This document shows positions 48,121-57,631 of a stretch of DNA of 64,000 nt, piece by piece. Below the pieces are notes generated by a model. It was not told the origin of the DNA. It made no database searches and saw nothing but the letters and a program-made list of their open reading frames with translations. Position numbers and translations under genes: made by a program. Where the stretch lies: the NCBI GenBank assembly GCA_045616865.1, contig JAZLHO010000059.1:2441-66440 (forward strand), given 5' to 3'. The stretch's first letter is position 1. Each line of letters opens with the position of its first letter. The stretch comes from Lachnospiraceae bacterium (lineage in GTDB: Bacteria > Bacillota > Clostridia > Lachnospirales > Lachnospiraceae).

Positions 48121-49390
48121 GATCTATCTCTTTCTGTAATGCTGTCAGTACCATTCTTCTCATCTCATTAAGTGCTCCCATCGGTACGAAGCTTGCTCCA
48201 TCTGTATCAATTGCAAGTTCACTCCACTCAAAGCATGTACCGCCTGTCTTTTCAAGCTGTTTTCTGATATCGCTTTCTTCAAGTGCTCGTGTTTTTGCCC
48301 TGTCCGGTTTTGCAGCTGTGACACAGCATGGCTTATGCCCCTTTGCTATCGCTGAAAGCTGTATCTCTCTGTCCTGTCTGATAATAACTTCACCTTTGAT
48401 TTCTATCTTGCGTATACTGTTTACATACCTGTCATCCAGATATTCATACAAGTCTTCATTCTGTCCGAAGCGGTCACGGCGTTTTTCCCATGCCATCATA
48501 TCCCGCCCGTTGTGACTGAAATAATACCCTTCCGTGAATCCTCCTCTGTCATAAAGATCCGACAGCATCTTTTTATCCTTTGGATCTACATGATAATTCT
48601 CCGGTCCGTATTTTTCAAACAGATCGATATATTTTCTCCATATCTCTGTGACACCGGCGGTATACCTGGGCGATTTCATACGGCCTTCGATTTTGAAAGA
48701 ATCAATTCCGGCCTCTGCCAGCTGAGGGAGGATATCTATCGAGCAGAGATCCTTAAGGCTCAGCAGCGGACGGGTTCCCGATCCGCCGCAGATCTCATAT
48801 TCCAGACGGCACGGCTGCGCGCACCTTCCGCGGTTCCCTGAGCGCCCGCCTATAAGCGAGCTCATAAGACACTGTCCGGAATAACAGTAGCACAATGCTC
48901 CGTGCACGAATGTTTCGACCTCTATTCCCACCTCAGTCTTAATCTTTTTTATTTCCTCCAGGGACAGTTCCCTGGCAGGTACCACTCTGGTAAGCCCCAT
49001 TTCTTTAAGGAGTCTTGCAGAATATACATTCGCCACCGTCATCTGTGTGCTTGCATGTATCTGTAAATCGGGATAGTTATCCCTCAGAGTTTTTAAGGCT
49101 CCCAGGTCCTGAACTAATACGGCATCCACTCCTGCCTGATAATATGGTTTGATGTATTCGTTAAGCTCTTTTAACTCGTCCGGTTTGAGCAAGGTGTTCA
49201 CGGTCATATAGACCCTGGCTCCATACCGGTGAGCATATCTGATTCCTTCGACAAATCTGTCTGTTTCCGGATTATCCGCATATGCTCTGGCACCGAACTT
49301 AGTTCCTCCCATATATACCGCATCTGCTCCGGCATTTACCGCAGCAACCAGACTTTCGTAAGAGCCGGCAGGAGACAGTAATTCTATCAT
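48098..49390 (-). CDS. U32-family peptidase-like protein (YrrO/TrhP/UbiU-like)
   Basis: IELLSPAGS...A.AGADAVY and the hallmark [18 protein letters not shown]...[17 protein letters not shown] overlap with ruvB. Confidence 0.8.
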   Translation of the reverse strand: MIELLSPAGSYESLVAAVNAGADAVYMGGTKFGARAYADNPETDRFVEGIRYAHRYGARVYMTVNTLLKPDELKELNEYIKPYYQAGVDAVLVQDLGALKTLRDNYPDLQIHASTQMTVANVYSARLLKEMGLTRVVPARELSLEEIKKIKTEVGIEVETFVHGALCYCYSGQCLMSSLIGGRSGNRGRCAQPCRLEYEICGGSGTRPLLSLKDLCSIDILPQLAEAGIDSFKIEGRMKSPRYTAGVTEIWRKYIDLFEKYGPENYHVDPKDKKMLSDLYDRGGFTEGYYFSHNGRDMMAWEKRRDRFGQNEDLYEYLDDRYVNSIRKIEIKGEVIIRQDREIQLSAIAKGHKPCCVTAAKPDRAKTRALEESDIRKQLEKTGGTCFEWSELAIDTDGASFVPMGALNEMRRMVLTALQKEIDHESERTV

Positions 49391-50397
49391 ATATCCAGCT
49401 TCTCCTGATAAGTTAATCCAAGATGTTTATATGCATTTTCTGTTGCCACTCTTCCGCGCGGAGTTCTGTTTATGAGCCCGTTCATGAGAAGATACGGCTC
49501 ATATACATCCTCGAGTGTCCCTGTATCCTCACTGAGTGCAGCTGACAGTGTATCTATACCTACCGGACCTCCATTGAACTTTCTGATGATCATCTCCAGA
49601 TAATTTCTGTCGTTCTGATCAAGTCCAAGCCTGTCCACATCAAGTATATCCAATGCATAGTCTGCAACCTGTTTCGTGATGACTCCGTCATATTTGACCT
49701 GTGCAAAATCTCTGACTCTTTTAAGAAGTCTGTTTGCAAGTCTCGGAGTTCCTCTGCTTCTTCTGGCGATCTCTGCTGCTCCCGATGCATCCAGCTTTAC
49801 ACCGAATACTTCCGCGGAACGGTTGATTATCGTTTCAAGATCCTTCGGCGAATAGAATTCCAATTTCTGTACTACTCCGAATCTGTCTCTGAGCGGTGCA
49901 GATAAAAGCCCTGCTCTGGTCGTCGCGCCTACTAAAGTAAAATGCGGAAGCTCCATATGAATGCTTCTTGCTCCGGTTTCCTTACCAATGAGAATATCAA
50001 CTGCAAAATCCTCCATTGCCGGATACAGCACCTCTTCAACCTGGCGGTTGAGTCTGTGTATCTCATCTATGAACAGCACATCACCCTCATTCAGTTTAGT
50101 AAGTATCGATGCCATATCTCCCGGCTTATCTATTGCCGGACCTGAGGTTACTTTTATCTTAACTCCCATTTCATTGGCGATGATTCCGGCAAGTGTAGTT
50201 TTACCCAGTCCGGGAGGACCATAAAACAATACATGGTCAAGACTCTCTCTCCTCTGTTTTGCCGCATCGATATATATCTTCAGATTTTCCTTTATACGCT
50301 GCTGTCCGATATAATCGTCAAAATGCTGCGGACGAAGATTCATGTCGTTGCTTCTGTCTTCATTTGTTTCACCGGTATTTATTATCGTTCTTTCCAT
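49387..50397 (-). CDS. ruvB: Holliday junction branch-migration helicase RuvB
   Basis: [21 protein letters not shown] and DEIHRL motifs, plus the C-terminal winged helix. Confidence 0.95.
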   Translation of the reverse strand: MERTIINTGETNEDRSNDMNLRPQHFDDYIGQQRIKENLKIYIDAAKQRRESLDHVLFYGPPGLGKTTLAGIIANEMGVKIKVTSGPAIDKPGDMASILTKLNEGDVLFIDEIHRLNRQVEEVLYPAMEDFAVDILIGKETGARSIHMELPHFTLVGATTRAGLLSAPLRDRFGVVQKLEFYSPKDLETIINRSAEVFGVKLDASGAAEIARRSRGTPRLANRLLKRVRDFAQVKYDGVITKQVADYALDILDVDRLGLDQNDRNYLEMIIRKFNGGPVGIDTLSAALSEDTGTLEDVYEPYLLMNGLINRTPRGRVATENAYKHLGLTYQEKLDI

Positions 50398-50985
50398 TTA
50401 CAGACTCCTCAATGCTTCCTTAAGCATTTTCTCTGCATCCATTCCATCTGCAGCTATCGCTCTTACAACACGTGTTGCTTCCGAACGTCCATATCCGAGA
50501 TTGATCAGTGCGTTTATTACTTCGGCGGCATCAGTACTTACTGCTGATGTTTGAGTAATATTTACTGTTCCCATGATATCCTCGGAGCTGACTTTATCTC
50601 TCAGATCCACTATGACACGCTGTGCGGTCTTTGCACCTATTCCCGGAGCTGTCGCTATCAGCTTATCATCACCTGTTACGATTGCCATTCTCAGCTGATC
50701 CGGATTCATTGCTGATAATATGGAGAGAGCCCCCTTCGGGCCTATACCGCTGACACCTATCAGCTGTTCAAACATAGCAAGATCTCTTCTGGAATTGAAA
50801 CCGTACAGGTTCATCGAATCCTCACTTACTCTGAAATGTGTGTAGATCTTTACTTCCTCTCCTATACCCGGAAGCTGCTCCATGACCGAAGCCGGCACAG
50901 CTATTTCTATGCCGAGTCCGCCTGACTCAACCACGATTTTCCCCTCAAGAATTTCTGATAATTCACCTTTGACGAATGATATCAT
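50398..50985 (-). CDS. ruvA: Holliday junction DNA-binding protein RuvA
   Basis: MISFVKG..., HhH motifs (GVSGIGPK, APGIGAKTA), immediately upstream of ruvB. Confidence 0.9.
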   Translation of the reverse strand: MISFVKGELSEILEGKIVVESGGLGIEIAVPASVMEQLPGIGEEVKIYTHFRVSEDSMNLYGFNSRRDLAMFEQLIGVSGIGPKGALSILSAMNPDQLRMAIVTGDDKLIATAPGIGAKTAQRVIVDLRDKVSSEDIMGTVNITQTSAVSTDAAEVINALINLGYGRSEATRVVRAIAADGMDAEKMLKEALRSL

Positions 50986-51069
50986 ATCGACTCTCTTTCC
51001 GTTTGATTGTCATAAATCTATTTGGATTGTATTATACCATAATCTTTAATTAAGTTATATAATAATCGT

Positions 51070-51732
51070 ATGCTGGATGCACTGTTCATAAATATAACAA
51101 CTACGGGAAATTCACCCATGTACTCACAGATAACTTCGGTTACCTCCGTCACGCTCTGTGACTGTTCCTGTGATGCAAAAACGCGCATCATATCCGGGTT
51201 GGAACAGGAGAGAATCGTACTGACAGATTTATGTTCAAGGTCACAGAAATCATCTCTCATACTTGTGAATGATCTCTCTGTGTTACGATATCTCACCGAA
51301 TGCTGCCGTCAATACGGCTTGTTGTTTGAATGCGGCAATGCTGATCTGCTCTGTAATCATTTGAATGAGCTGAATTTTGATCCTGAGAAAATAAAGTCAG
51401 GTATTCCCACTGTGTCAGGAGAATTCAAACATTTTTATAAGGACTATAAAAACTACTACTACCTTCCTGCAGAAGATGTTGCCTATCATAAATCAGTCAG
51501 TGAATTTGTTGATAAAAGTGCACGCAGGCAGGCAACAGCTCGTACGGCATATACAAAAAAGACAGGAGTATTCGTTCCTGTCTTTAAGGGATTTGATGTT
51601 AACCCTGATTATATATTCCGCAAGTCCTACGAGGACAAACGCGAATATCTTCCTATCGAATGTCTGGATTTTTCAGATGCGAAGGTATTATGCTCTTATA
51701 TTTTCTGCCCTCATACTGCTGAGGATGTTTAA
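51070..51732 (+). CDS. Hypothetical protein with a possible RNase H-like/DEDD-exonuclease fold and substituted catalytic motifs
   Basis: 220-aa ORF. The N-terminus LFINITTTG occupies the position of the exonuclease motif FxDIETTG. No SD is present, and TATAAT lies 8 nt upstream of the ATG, so the mRNA may be leaderless. Confidence 0.45.
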   Translation: MLDALFINITTTGNSPMYSQITSVTSVTLCDCSCDAKTRIISGLEQERIVLTDLCSRSQKSSLILVNDLSVLRYLTECCRQYGLLFECGNADLLCNHLNELNFDPEKIKSGIPTVSGEFKHFYKDYKNYYYLPAEDVAYHKSVSEFVDKSARRQATARTAYTKKTGVFVPVFKGFDVNPDYIFRKSYEDKREYLPIECLDFSDAKVLCSYIFCPHTAEDV

Positions 51733-52297
51733 GCAGCCATCTCATATAAGCAAGAGCTTTTTCCTCTCCCTCGACCGCCATCAGCTGAAGGATATCCTCA
51801 AGCAGGGCCCTGGTGTCCTCATGAAGATTCGGTGCAACCACATCTGCTTTGATTGAATAATAGTTCCATGGATCGCGGGAAGTGTATTTCTCTTTATGGT
51901 ATACCTTGCATGCCGCTATTCTGTCGCAGGCCATCTCAAGCGTATATCGCAGAGGCATCTTTGCGCCGCCTACTCTGACTCCGTCTACACCCTTTCCATA
52001 TTGAAGATCCATCCAGTATTCAAAGTGATGCTTGTTTTTTCCCTTGTGATGAAGCCACGCCGTACTGTATCCCTTTTCCAGTTTTTCCTCTGCATTGGGG
52101 CTGTGATCACCGGTATAATACCTGACCCCTGTGATAAATTCCACAGGTTCATATTTTGACAGGTCATGCAGGAGTCCCTGTTTCGTAAGGCCTATCTTAA
52201 AACACAGATCCATAACTATCATCTTATGTTCTGTGATAGTCTTCAGATGACCTGTAGTCTTTTCAATTGTTAACTTTTTTGAAACCGGTTTTTTCAT
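51653..52297 (-). CDS. Conserved hypothetical protein (DUF5662-like; HDLSK and HHKGKNKHHFEYW motifs)
   Basis: 214-aa ORF with His/Asp-rich motifs. The family name is from memory and was not verified. Confidence 0.5.
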   Translation of the reverse strand: MKKPVSKKLTIEKTTGHLKTITEHKMIVMDLCFKIGLTKQGLLHDLSKYEPVEFITGVRYYTGDHSPNAEEKLEKGYSTAWLHHKGKNKHHFEYWMDLQYGKGVDGVRVGGAKMPLRYTLEMACDRIAACKVYHKEKYTSRDPWNYYSIKADVVAPNLHEDTRALLEDILQLMAVEGEEKALAYMRWLLKHPQQYEGRKYKSIIPSHLKNPDIR

Positions 52298-53030
52298 TTT
52301 CCTGCAAAACCACCAGAAATCTGGCAGTGTCTTCCGTTATTTCTTCCTCATTATCTGCGTCCCATACTCCAAGCCATTTCAGGCCTGCTTCTGCAGCTGC
52401 ATTTTTTATTTCTTCCAGACTGTATGCCCTCTGTGTATGGATTTCATTGGACTTTCTGAACAGATCATCCTCACGTATGAACATGGTCAGTTCGTACTCA
52501 TTCAGCTTTTTTTCAGAGTCATAATAGTTTTCCCAGATATAGGTTGCGTCATCTGTGGAACGTGAGTAAGTATTATCTCCCAGTATTTTCTCATACATGA
52601 ATTCCGTTTTCATATCAAATACAAAGAGTCCCTTCGGGTCCAGATAATTGCTTACCAGTCTGAATACCTTCACCAGATCATCGTAATCGGTAATATAATT
52701 CATGCTGTCGCACCTGCTGATAATAGCTGCACAGGTACCATAGAGTTCAAACTCTCTCATATCCTGTCTGAGATAGAGGATATCGTGTCCGCTCACATCG
52801 CGCTTACAAATCGCCTGCGTAAGCATTTCCCCGGAATTGTCTATGCCTATCATATCATAGCCTTTTGCAACCATGCGCTCTGTCATAGCGCCTGTACCAC
52901 ATCCCAGATCTGCAACTATACCTGAAGAAATCCCATACGTTTGCAGGATTGCAGCTGTCTGCTCACACCAGGCATCGTACGGGACATTATCCATGAAACT
53001 GTCATATATTTCAGCAAAATCGTTATACAT
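52263..53030 (-). CDS. Class I SAM-dependent methyltransferase
   Basis: Motif I VADLGCGTG and a Rossmann-like MTase layout. Confidence 0.8.
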   Translation of the reverse strand: MYNDFAEIYDSFMDNVPYDAWCEQTAAILQTYGISSGIVADLGCGTGAMTERMVAKGYDMIGIDNSGEMLTQAICKRDVSGHDILYLRQDMREFELYGTCAAIISRCDSMNYITDYDDLVKVFRLVSNYLDPKGLFVFDMKTEFMYEKILGDNTYSRSTDDATYIWENYYDSEKKLNEYELTMFIREDDLFRKSNEIHTQRAYSLEEIKNAAAEAGLKWLGVWDADNEEEITEDTARFLVVLQENEKTGFKKVNN

Positions 53031-53033
53031 TGA

Positions 53034-53540
53034 TCATGCATTCTTTCCGCAACAGAATTTATACTTCTTACCAGAACCGCAGGGACATGGATCATTACGT
53101 CCTACCTTCTTATCCTTGATTACTGTTCCGCTCATTCTCTGTTCATGCATCAGGGTCTTACGCTCTTCTTCAGTAAAATGCTTTTCCCACTGCGGAAGGT
53201 TATAAAGCCAGTCTGCTTTTGCGGCAACCATATTCTTGTAAAGCTTTGTAAGATCTATATCAAGAGTGACCTTGGTTGATTCCTTCATCTTCTCGATAGG
53301 ATTTTCCTTTTTAAGGCTGTCATTGATTCCGTCAAGGAATCCTGTCATCGTCTCGATATCTGTATCCCATCTTGCTGCAAGCTCTTTTACAGTTCCCGAT
53401 ACCACATTTGAAGGATCCTCAAGAAGCTCCTCATAAATGCTCTTTTCTTTTGCAAAATAATCCTTCCAGAGCTGTGCTCTGTCCTTAACTGATAAAGTCT
53501 CGCCGTAAGCCTTATCTCTCCATGTCTCCAGTAGTGTCAT
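53034..53540 (-). CDS. SEC-C motif domain protein
   Basis: C-terminal [15 protein letters not shown] zinc-binding SEC-C motif. Confidence 0.7.
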   Translation of the reverse strand: MTLLETWRDKAYGETLSVKDRAQLWKDYFAKEKSIYEELLEDPSNVVSGTVKELAARWDTDIETMTGFLDGINDSLKKENPIEKMKESTKVTLDIDLTKLYKNMVAAKADWLYNLPQWEKHFTEEERKTLMHEQRMSGTVIKDKKVGRNDPCPCGSGKKYKFCCGKNA

Positions 53541-54630
53541 CTTTATTTATATACTCCTTTGTATCTTCGTCGATCTTCTTCAGATCGCTGTAATTCCTTG
53601 TATCTGTGGAAAGCTGTTTTTCATCAAGCTTCTTAATTATATTTCTCTTTATTATTCTGTATATGACTGCAAATGTCGGAACAGCGATGATCATTCCCAC
53701 AAATCCGAACAGACCTCCAAACAGAAGAATGGAAAAAAGCACCCAGAAGCTCGCCACTCCGGTCTTCTCTCCCAGTATCTTAGGGCCGATGATATTGCCG
53801 TCAAGCTGCTGTATAATAAGTATGATAATACAGAAAATCAGACATTTAAGAGGTGAATCTGCAAGCAGCAGCAATGCACATGGTATAGCACCTATAAACG
53901 GTCCGAAAAACGGAATGATATTTGTTACTCCGACTATAATTGATATAAGCGGGGCATACGGAATTTTGAAAATTGAAATAACGATAAATGTCAGTATTCC
54001 GATAATCGCTGAATCTATTATCTTGCCAACAAGGAATCCGCTGAACACATCGTATGTATATCTGCAGTCATCCAGGAAGAGATTTGCTTTGTTGAGCGGG
54101 AGTATCCCGTACACACACTTTTTGGCTCTTGCCTTCGTGATATCCTTCATATTCAGGAAATATACCATAACTATGAATCCGATAAGAATATTCTTCAGTG
54201 TAAGTATCAGATTCCATACACCTGATGTGATACTGGACAGATATCCGGTCAGATTAGGAAGCAATTCTCCTGCTGCCCATGAAACCACTGAATCACCAAT
54301 ATTTGAATAGTGCTTCTGAATAGTTTCTGCGAGACCCGGATTGTTTGCGAAAACATTGTCTACCATCTCATCAAGTGCATTCATATATGCCGGTAATTTA
54401 CCTATTATCATAGAAATACTGTCTATAAACTGAGGGATAATAAGAAATGCAAGCAAGCCAAAAATAACTATCAGTATCACAAGGCAGATTGCTGAGCATA
54501 CAGCTTTATGGAGTTTCTTATTCAGCCTCTTGTATATGGGCATCACAAGAAAAGCAAAGGCAAGACCGTATGCAAACGGAGCCAATGCATCGCCCATCGT
54601 ATTAAAGAAATTACTTATCGCCTCAAACAT
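53512..54630 (-). CDS. AI-2E family (PerM/YhhT-like) transporter
   Basis: 372-aa polytopic protein with the family-typical [14 protein letters not shown] segment. GGAG lies 5 nt upstream of the ATG. Confidence 0.75.
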   Translation of the reverse strand: MFEAISNFFNTMGDALAPFAYGLAFAFLVMPIYKRLNKKLHKAVCSAICLVILIVIFGLLAFLIIPQFIDSISMIIGKLPAYMNALDEMVDNVFANNPGLAETIQKHYSNIGDSVVSWAAGELLPNLTGYLSSITSGVWNLILTLKNILIGFIVMVYFLNMKDITKARAKKCVYGILPLNKANLFLDDCRYTYDVFSGFLVGKIIDSAIIGILTFIVISIFKIPYAPLISIIVGVTNIIPFFGPFIGAIPCALLLLADSPLKCLIFCIIILIIQQLDGNIIGPKILGEKTGVASFWVLFSILLFGGLFGFVGMIIAVPTFAVIYRIIKRNIIKKLDEKQLSTDTRNYSDLKKIDEDTKEYINKDDTTGDMER

Positions 54631-54827
54631 ATTTTCTCCATATAACCCAAGGTGCCGTCCCTTGTTGATTTGACGCCCTAACTCTCGTCAGGTGGGTATC
54701 TTCAGTCGTATCTCTGACTACCAATTTAAGAATAGAGGCCTGTCATCCTTACAAATCTATCGGATCCCTTATGTCAACATGTAGGTTCAAATGAAAACAA
54801 GGATCTCGAACATCCCAGGTTGATACT

Positions 54828-54855
54828 ATTTTATCATATAAAAATCAGGATGCAA
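54828..54855 (-). promoter_or_regulatory. Candidate promoter for the AI-2E transporter leader
   Basis: TTGCAT, a 16-nt spacer, then TGaTAAAAT (extended -10), partly overlapping the pckA terminator stem. Confidence 0.4.
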
Positions 54856-54873
54856 AGTAATATGCATCCTGAT
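54838..54873 (-). terminator. Rho-independent terminator after pckA
   Basis: 11-bp stem ATCAGGATGCA / TGCATCCTGAT with an 8-nt loop, followed on the minus strand by TTTTTATA. Confidence 0.7.
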
Positions 54874-54893
54874 CTTATATATTTTATTTTTAA

Positions 54894-56591
54894 TTATTTG
54901 CACTCATTGAATACTTTCTTGATTGCTTTAAGCGCATCTGCCGGAAGTCTGTCAAATCCGCCCTGCTTTTTGTCAAGCTCTTCAACAAACTTAACGCGGT
55001 CAGCCATACGTGCCTTGAGCTGCTCAAGATATTTCGCATCCTTCATATCCGGAACATAGCCCTTCCACTCACAGATCTCAATATCTGAGAAGTTGCCCCA
55101 CTTCTTGAATTTAGCTTTCTTCTCTACGATAGACTCAAGAACGCCAAGTGTAACTTCCTTTGTGATCTTCTTGCCCATGAAATCACCTGTGTTAACGATG
55201 TAGCAGTCAACCTTCTTCTTCTCAACCAGCTTCTTGAACTTCTCGTAATCATTTACCAGCGGATATGTTCTGAATGGGTTTGCATAAGGAACAACTACAA
55301 GTGCATTCGGATCTGCGCCAGGAGCAAGACGCTCTGCTGATGATCTCTTTGTAGCAAGTGTTGCACCCATAACTGATGCAAGTGCTGCACCCTTGAGCTT
55401 AACAACCGGTGGAATAGTAGGATCCTTCATGATCCAGAAAATTGCGTTAACAGGCTCAGGAATCTTATCTACACGGTTCGGGCTCCAGAGCTTTGACTTG
55501 ATAGCACGTCCGTTACCGTTACGGATATCCTCTGTTACGATTGTAACTTCACCGTTCTCATCAAGTGTTGCACCTACGTTCTGTACAGTGATGAGGTACT
55601 TGTTGTCCGGACATCCTGCCGGATAATCAGCTGTCTTATCGAAGTATGTAGGCTCAATTGCGATTGATGAACATGTATCTGTATTGATGATGAATGCGTC
55701 ATCATGAAGAACTGTGATATCAAACTTAGCGCCATGCTTAGCATGTGTAAGAGTTGACTTACCTGATCCTGAAAGACCGAATACAGATGCTACAAAGCTC
55801 TTTCCGCCCTTGAGGTTATATCTCTTCTGTCCGCCATGGCAGCTTGCATAACCGTTACGGTTTGCGATAGCCCATGCCATAGTAAGTGTACCCTTCTTAT
55901 GCTCTCCGAAATACTTCATACCAAGGATGCAAGCACAGTTCTGCTCTGTGTTGAAGTAGCAGAGTGTCTTCTTCTGAGGATCGCTGAGTACGCTGAAATC
56001 AAGTCCCGGTCCCTCTTCCGGCATCCACTGAGGGTCTGAGAAGATATAGATATCAGCCTCATTGCCCTTACCTACAGGATCTGAATTCTTATACATCTTG
56101 ATGTACTCATCTGACATATACTGGAAGTTGATCATCCAGTTGTAAAGGAGGTTCTCTTCACCTTCCGGGATAAGGAGATGTGCCTTAACCATAAATTCAG
56201 GATCAAGTCCGCAGAATACTTCTGCATGATACATTGTCTTCCAGCGTGACTTATATACAGCATCCATTGCGATCTTATCGAGTGCGTCACAGTTAACACC
56301 TTCCATACCTGCAATACGTCTTGCTGTAGCATAACGTCCTGTGATAGCTCCATCATTGAAAAGAAGAACCTTAGCATCCGGCTCAAGTCCGAATTCCTCA
56401 CCGCGATATACAGTCTGTCCTGTTACAACTGTTCCGGGAGAATTCTTTGCAAGATCATATGCTTCTTTAAGAGTATTGATCTTTACAACGTTATTACCGT
56501 AGAAAGCTGATTCGATGATAGATCTTGTCTTAGCGAATCCAACTTTTCCAGGTCCGATTTCATTTGTTTTGTAATAAGCTTTTGTTGACAT
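54894..56591 (-). CDS. pckA: Phosphoenolpyruvate carboxykinase (ATP)
   Basis: 565 aa with the kinase-1a loop GLSGSGKSTLT and PEPCK-ATP-like conservation. AGGAGGAAG SD present. Confidence 0.8.
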   Translation of the reverse strand: MSTKAYYKTNEIGPGKVGFAKTRSIIESAFYGNNVVKINTLKEAYDLAKNSPGTVVTGQTVYRGEEFGLEPDAKVLLFNDGAITGRYATARRIAGMEGVNCDALDKIAMDAVYKSRWKTMYHAEVFCGLDPEFMVKAHLLIPEGEENLLYNWMINFQYMSDEYIKMYKNSDPVGKGNEADIYIFSDPQWMPEEGPGLDFSVLSDPQKKTLCYFNTEQNCACILGMKYFGEHKKGTLTMAWAIANRNGYASCHGGQKRYNLKGGKSFVASVFGLSGSGKSTLTHAKHGAKFDITVLHDDAFIINTDTCSSIAIEPTYFDKTADYPAGCPDNKYLITVQNVGATLDENGEVTIVTEDIRNGNGRAIKSKLWSPNRVDKIPEPVNAIFWIMKDPTIPPVVKLKGAALASVMGATLATKRSSAERLAPGADPNALVVVPYANPFRTYPLVNDYEKFKKLVEKKKVDCYIVNTGDFMGKKITKEVTLGVLESIVEKKAKFKKWGNFSDIEICEWKGYVPDMKDAKYLEQLKARMADRVKFVEELDKKQGGFDRLPADALKAIKKVFNECK

Positions 56592-56651
56592 AGTCTTCCT
56601 CCTATAGTATCTTCAATACTTAATGTATTAAAAACAAAGCAATTTTGCTTT

Positions 56652-56680
56652 ATTATCTCACCTTCAAAGTTCAGTGTCAA
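56652..56680 (-). promoter_or_regulatory. Sigma-A-type promoter for pckA
   Basis: TTGACA, a 17-nt spacer, then TGaGATAAT (extended -10), about 60 nt upstream of the pckA ATG. Confidence 0.5.
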
Positions 56681-56686
56681 TGAATA

Positions 56687-57631
56687 TCATTCTGAGATTT
56701 TAAAAATACAATCATATTCCGCATTATTATCAAGCATCACTCTGACTGCACGCATAGTAAAATCCGTCCCCAGAGTCTCTGTGCTTTTCCTGAAGCCTGT
56801 CCAGAGTATACAGAAATGATCACCGAAGGAATGTCTTCCGAATCCTCCGCTGAGCACATCCGAAAGTGCATCCAGATTGTGTCCCATCTTAAACCCGTCT
56901 GAATCTGTCATGCATTTTTCTATCTCTTCATAAAATGCGTCCCTGTCCGCCATATTGTTTCCATCCAGGATATAAACATACGGAGTGATCGTGATCAGGT
57001 CTTCCATAGAATCTATCATATAATCAGGATTGTAAATCTCGAGAGCTTCTCTCGTTCTGAATCCCCATGTGACACCCACAGTGATGCATCCGGCTGCACG
57101 TCCTCCCTGCATATCCGGCTCTCCGTCTCCGATATACAGACATTCCTCCGGTCTGACTCCCAGCTTCTCAGCCAGATCGATAATACCTGTCGGGTCCGGC
57201 TTAAGCGGTATTCCCGGTCGTTCTCCGCAGACGATATCAAACAGATCGTCTCCGTATACCTTGTGAATACAAGCTTCTACTCCCTGCTGAGATTTATTGG
57301 AAATAACAGCAAGCTTAAGACCTCTTTTCCTGAATTCATTCAATGCCTCAGGCACGCCCTCATATGGTTCGTTAGCATAAGTGCAGCATTCGGCAAATAT
57401 TCTTTTATAGGTTTTATATGCCTTATCTACATCTTCCTCACAAGGATCTGTATACAGACTTATCGCTGCCTTGATCAGATTTCTGCCGCCATGTCCGATG
57501 AACTGCCTGACATGCTCCTGATCTGTTCCTGGAAAACCGAGTTCACGCAATGATTCATTGACCGCATATTTCAGCGATTCCATGGTATTGATTATCGTTC
57601 CGTCAAGATCAAATATGCAAGCTCTTATCAT
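56687..57631 (-). CDS. HAD-superfamily phosphatase (phosphoglycolate phosphatase-like) fused to a C-terminal barstar-like domain
   Basis: N-terminal FDLDGT, SNK and GDGEPD HAD motifs. The last ~97 aa (ILDGNNM..., GHNLDALSDVLSG, CILWTGF) align with barstar (INGEQI..., GENLDALWDCLTG, VLEWRQF). ATGA overlap with the upstream gene. Confidence 0.7.
   Translation of the reverse strand: MIRACIFDLDGTIINTMESLKYAVNESLRELGFPGTDQEHVRQFIGHGGRNLIKAAISLYTDPCEEDVDKAYKTYKRIFAECCTYANEPYEGVPEALNEFRKRGLKLAVISNKSQQGVEACIHKVYGDDLFDIVCGERPGIPLKPDPTGIIDLAEKLGVRPEECLYIGDGEPDMQGGRAAGCITVGVTWGFRTREALEIYNPDYMIDSMEDLITITPYVYILDGNNMADRDAFYEEIEKCMTDSDGFKMGHNLDALSDVLSGGFGRHSFGDHFCILWTGFRKSTETLGTDFTMRAVRVMLDNNAEYDCIFKISE

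Noticed and set aside
47365-49390. The two overlapping U32 ORFs (23-nt overlap, different frames) looked like one U32 peptidase gene broken by a frameshift.
   Set aside because: The downstream ORF has its own ATG, preceded by a weak AAAGAGA site, and begins exactly at a domain boundary. Two-subunit U32 systems (YrrN/YrrO, UbiU/UbiV) are established, so two genuine genes is the simpler reading. Resequencing would settle it.
51018-51296. A 92-aa minus-strand ORF overlapping the start of the exonuclease-like gene.
   Set aside because: It has no SD and no recognisable motif. It overlaps the better-supported plus-strand ORF and the ruvA promoter region.
54631-54827. Assignment of the AI-2E leader to a TPP or guanidine-III riboswitch, because of the ACCCACCUGACGAG and ACAAGGGACGGC strings.
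   Set aside because: The hallmark elements (the CUGAGA plus ACCUGAUCUGGAUAAUGCCAGC architecture of TPP, or the guanidine-III pseudoknot pairing) cannot be completed. The gene context also does not fit either class. It is kept only as an unassigned leader.
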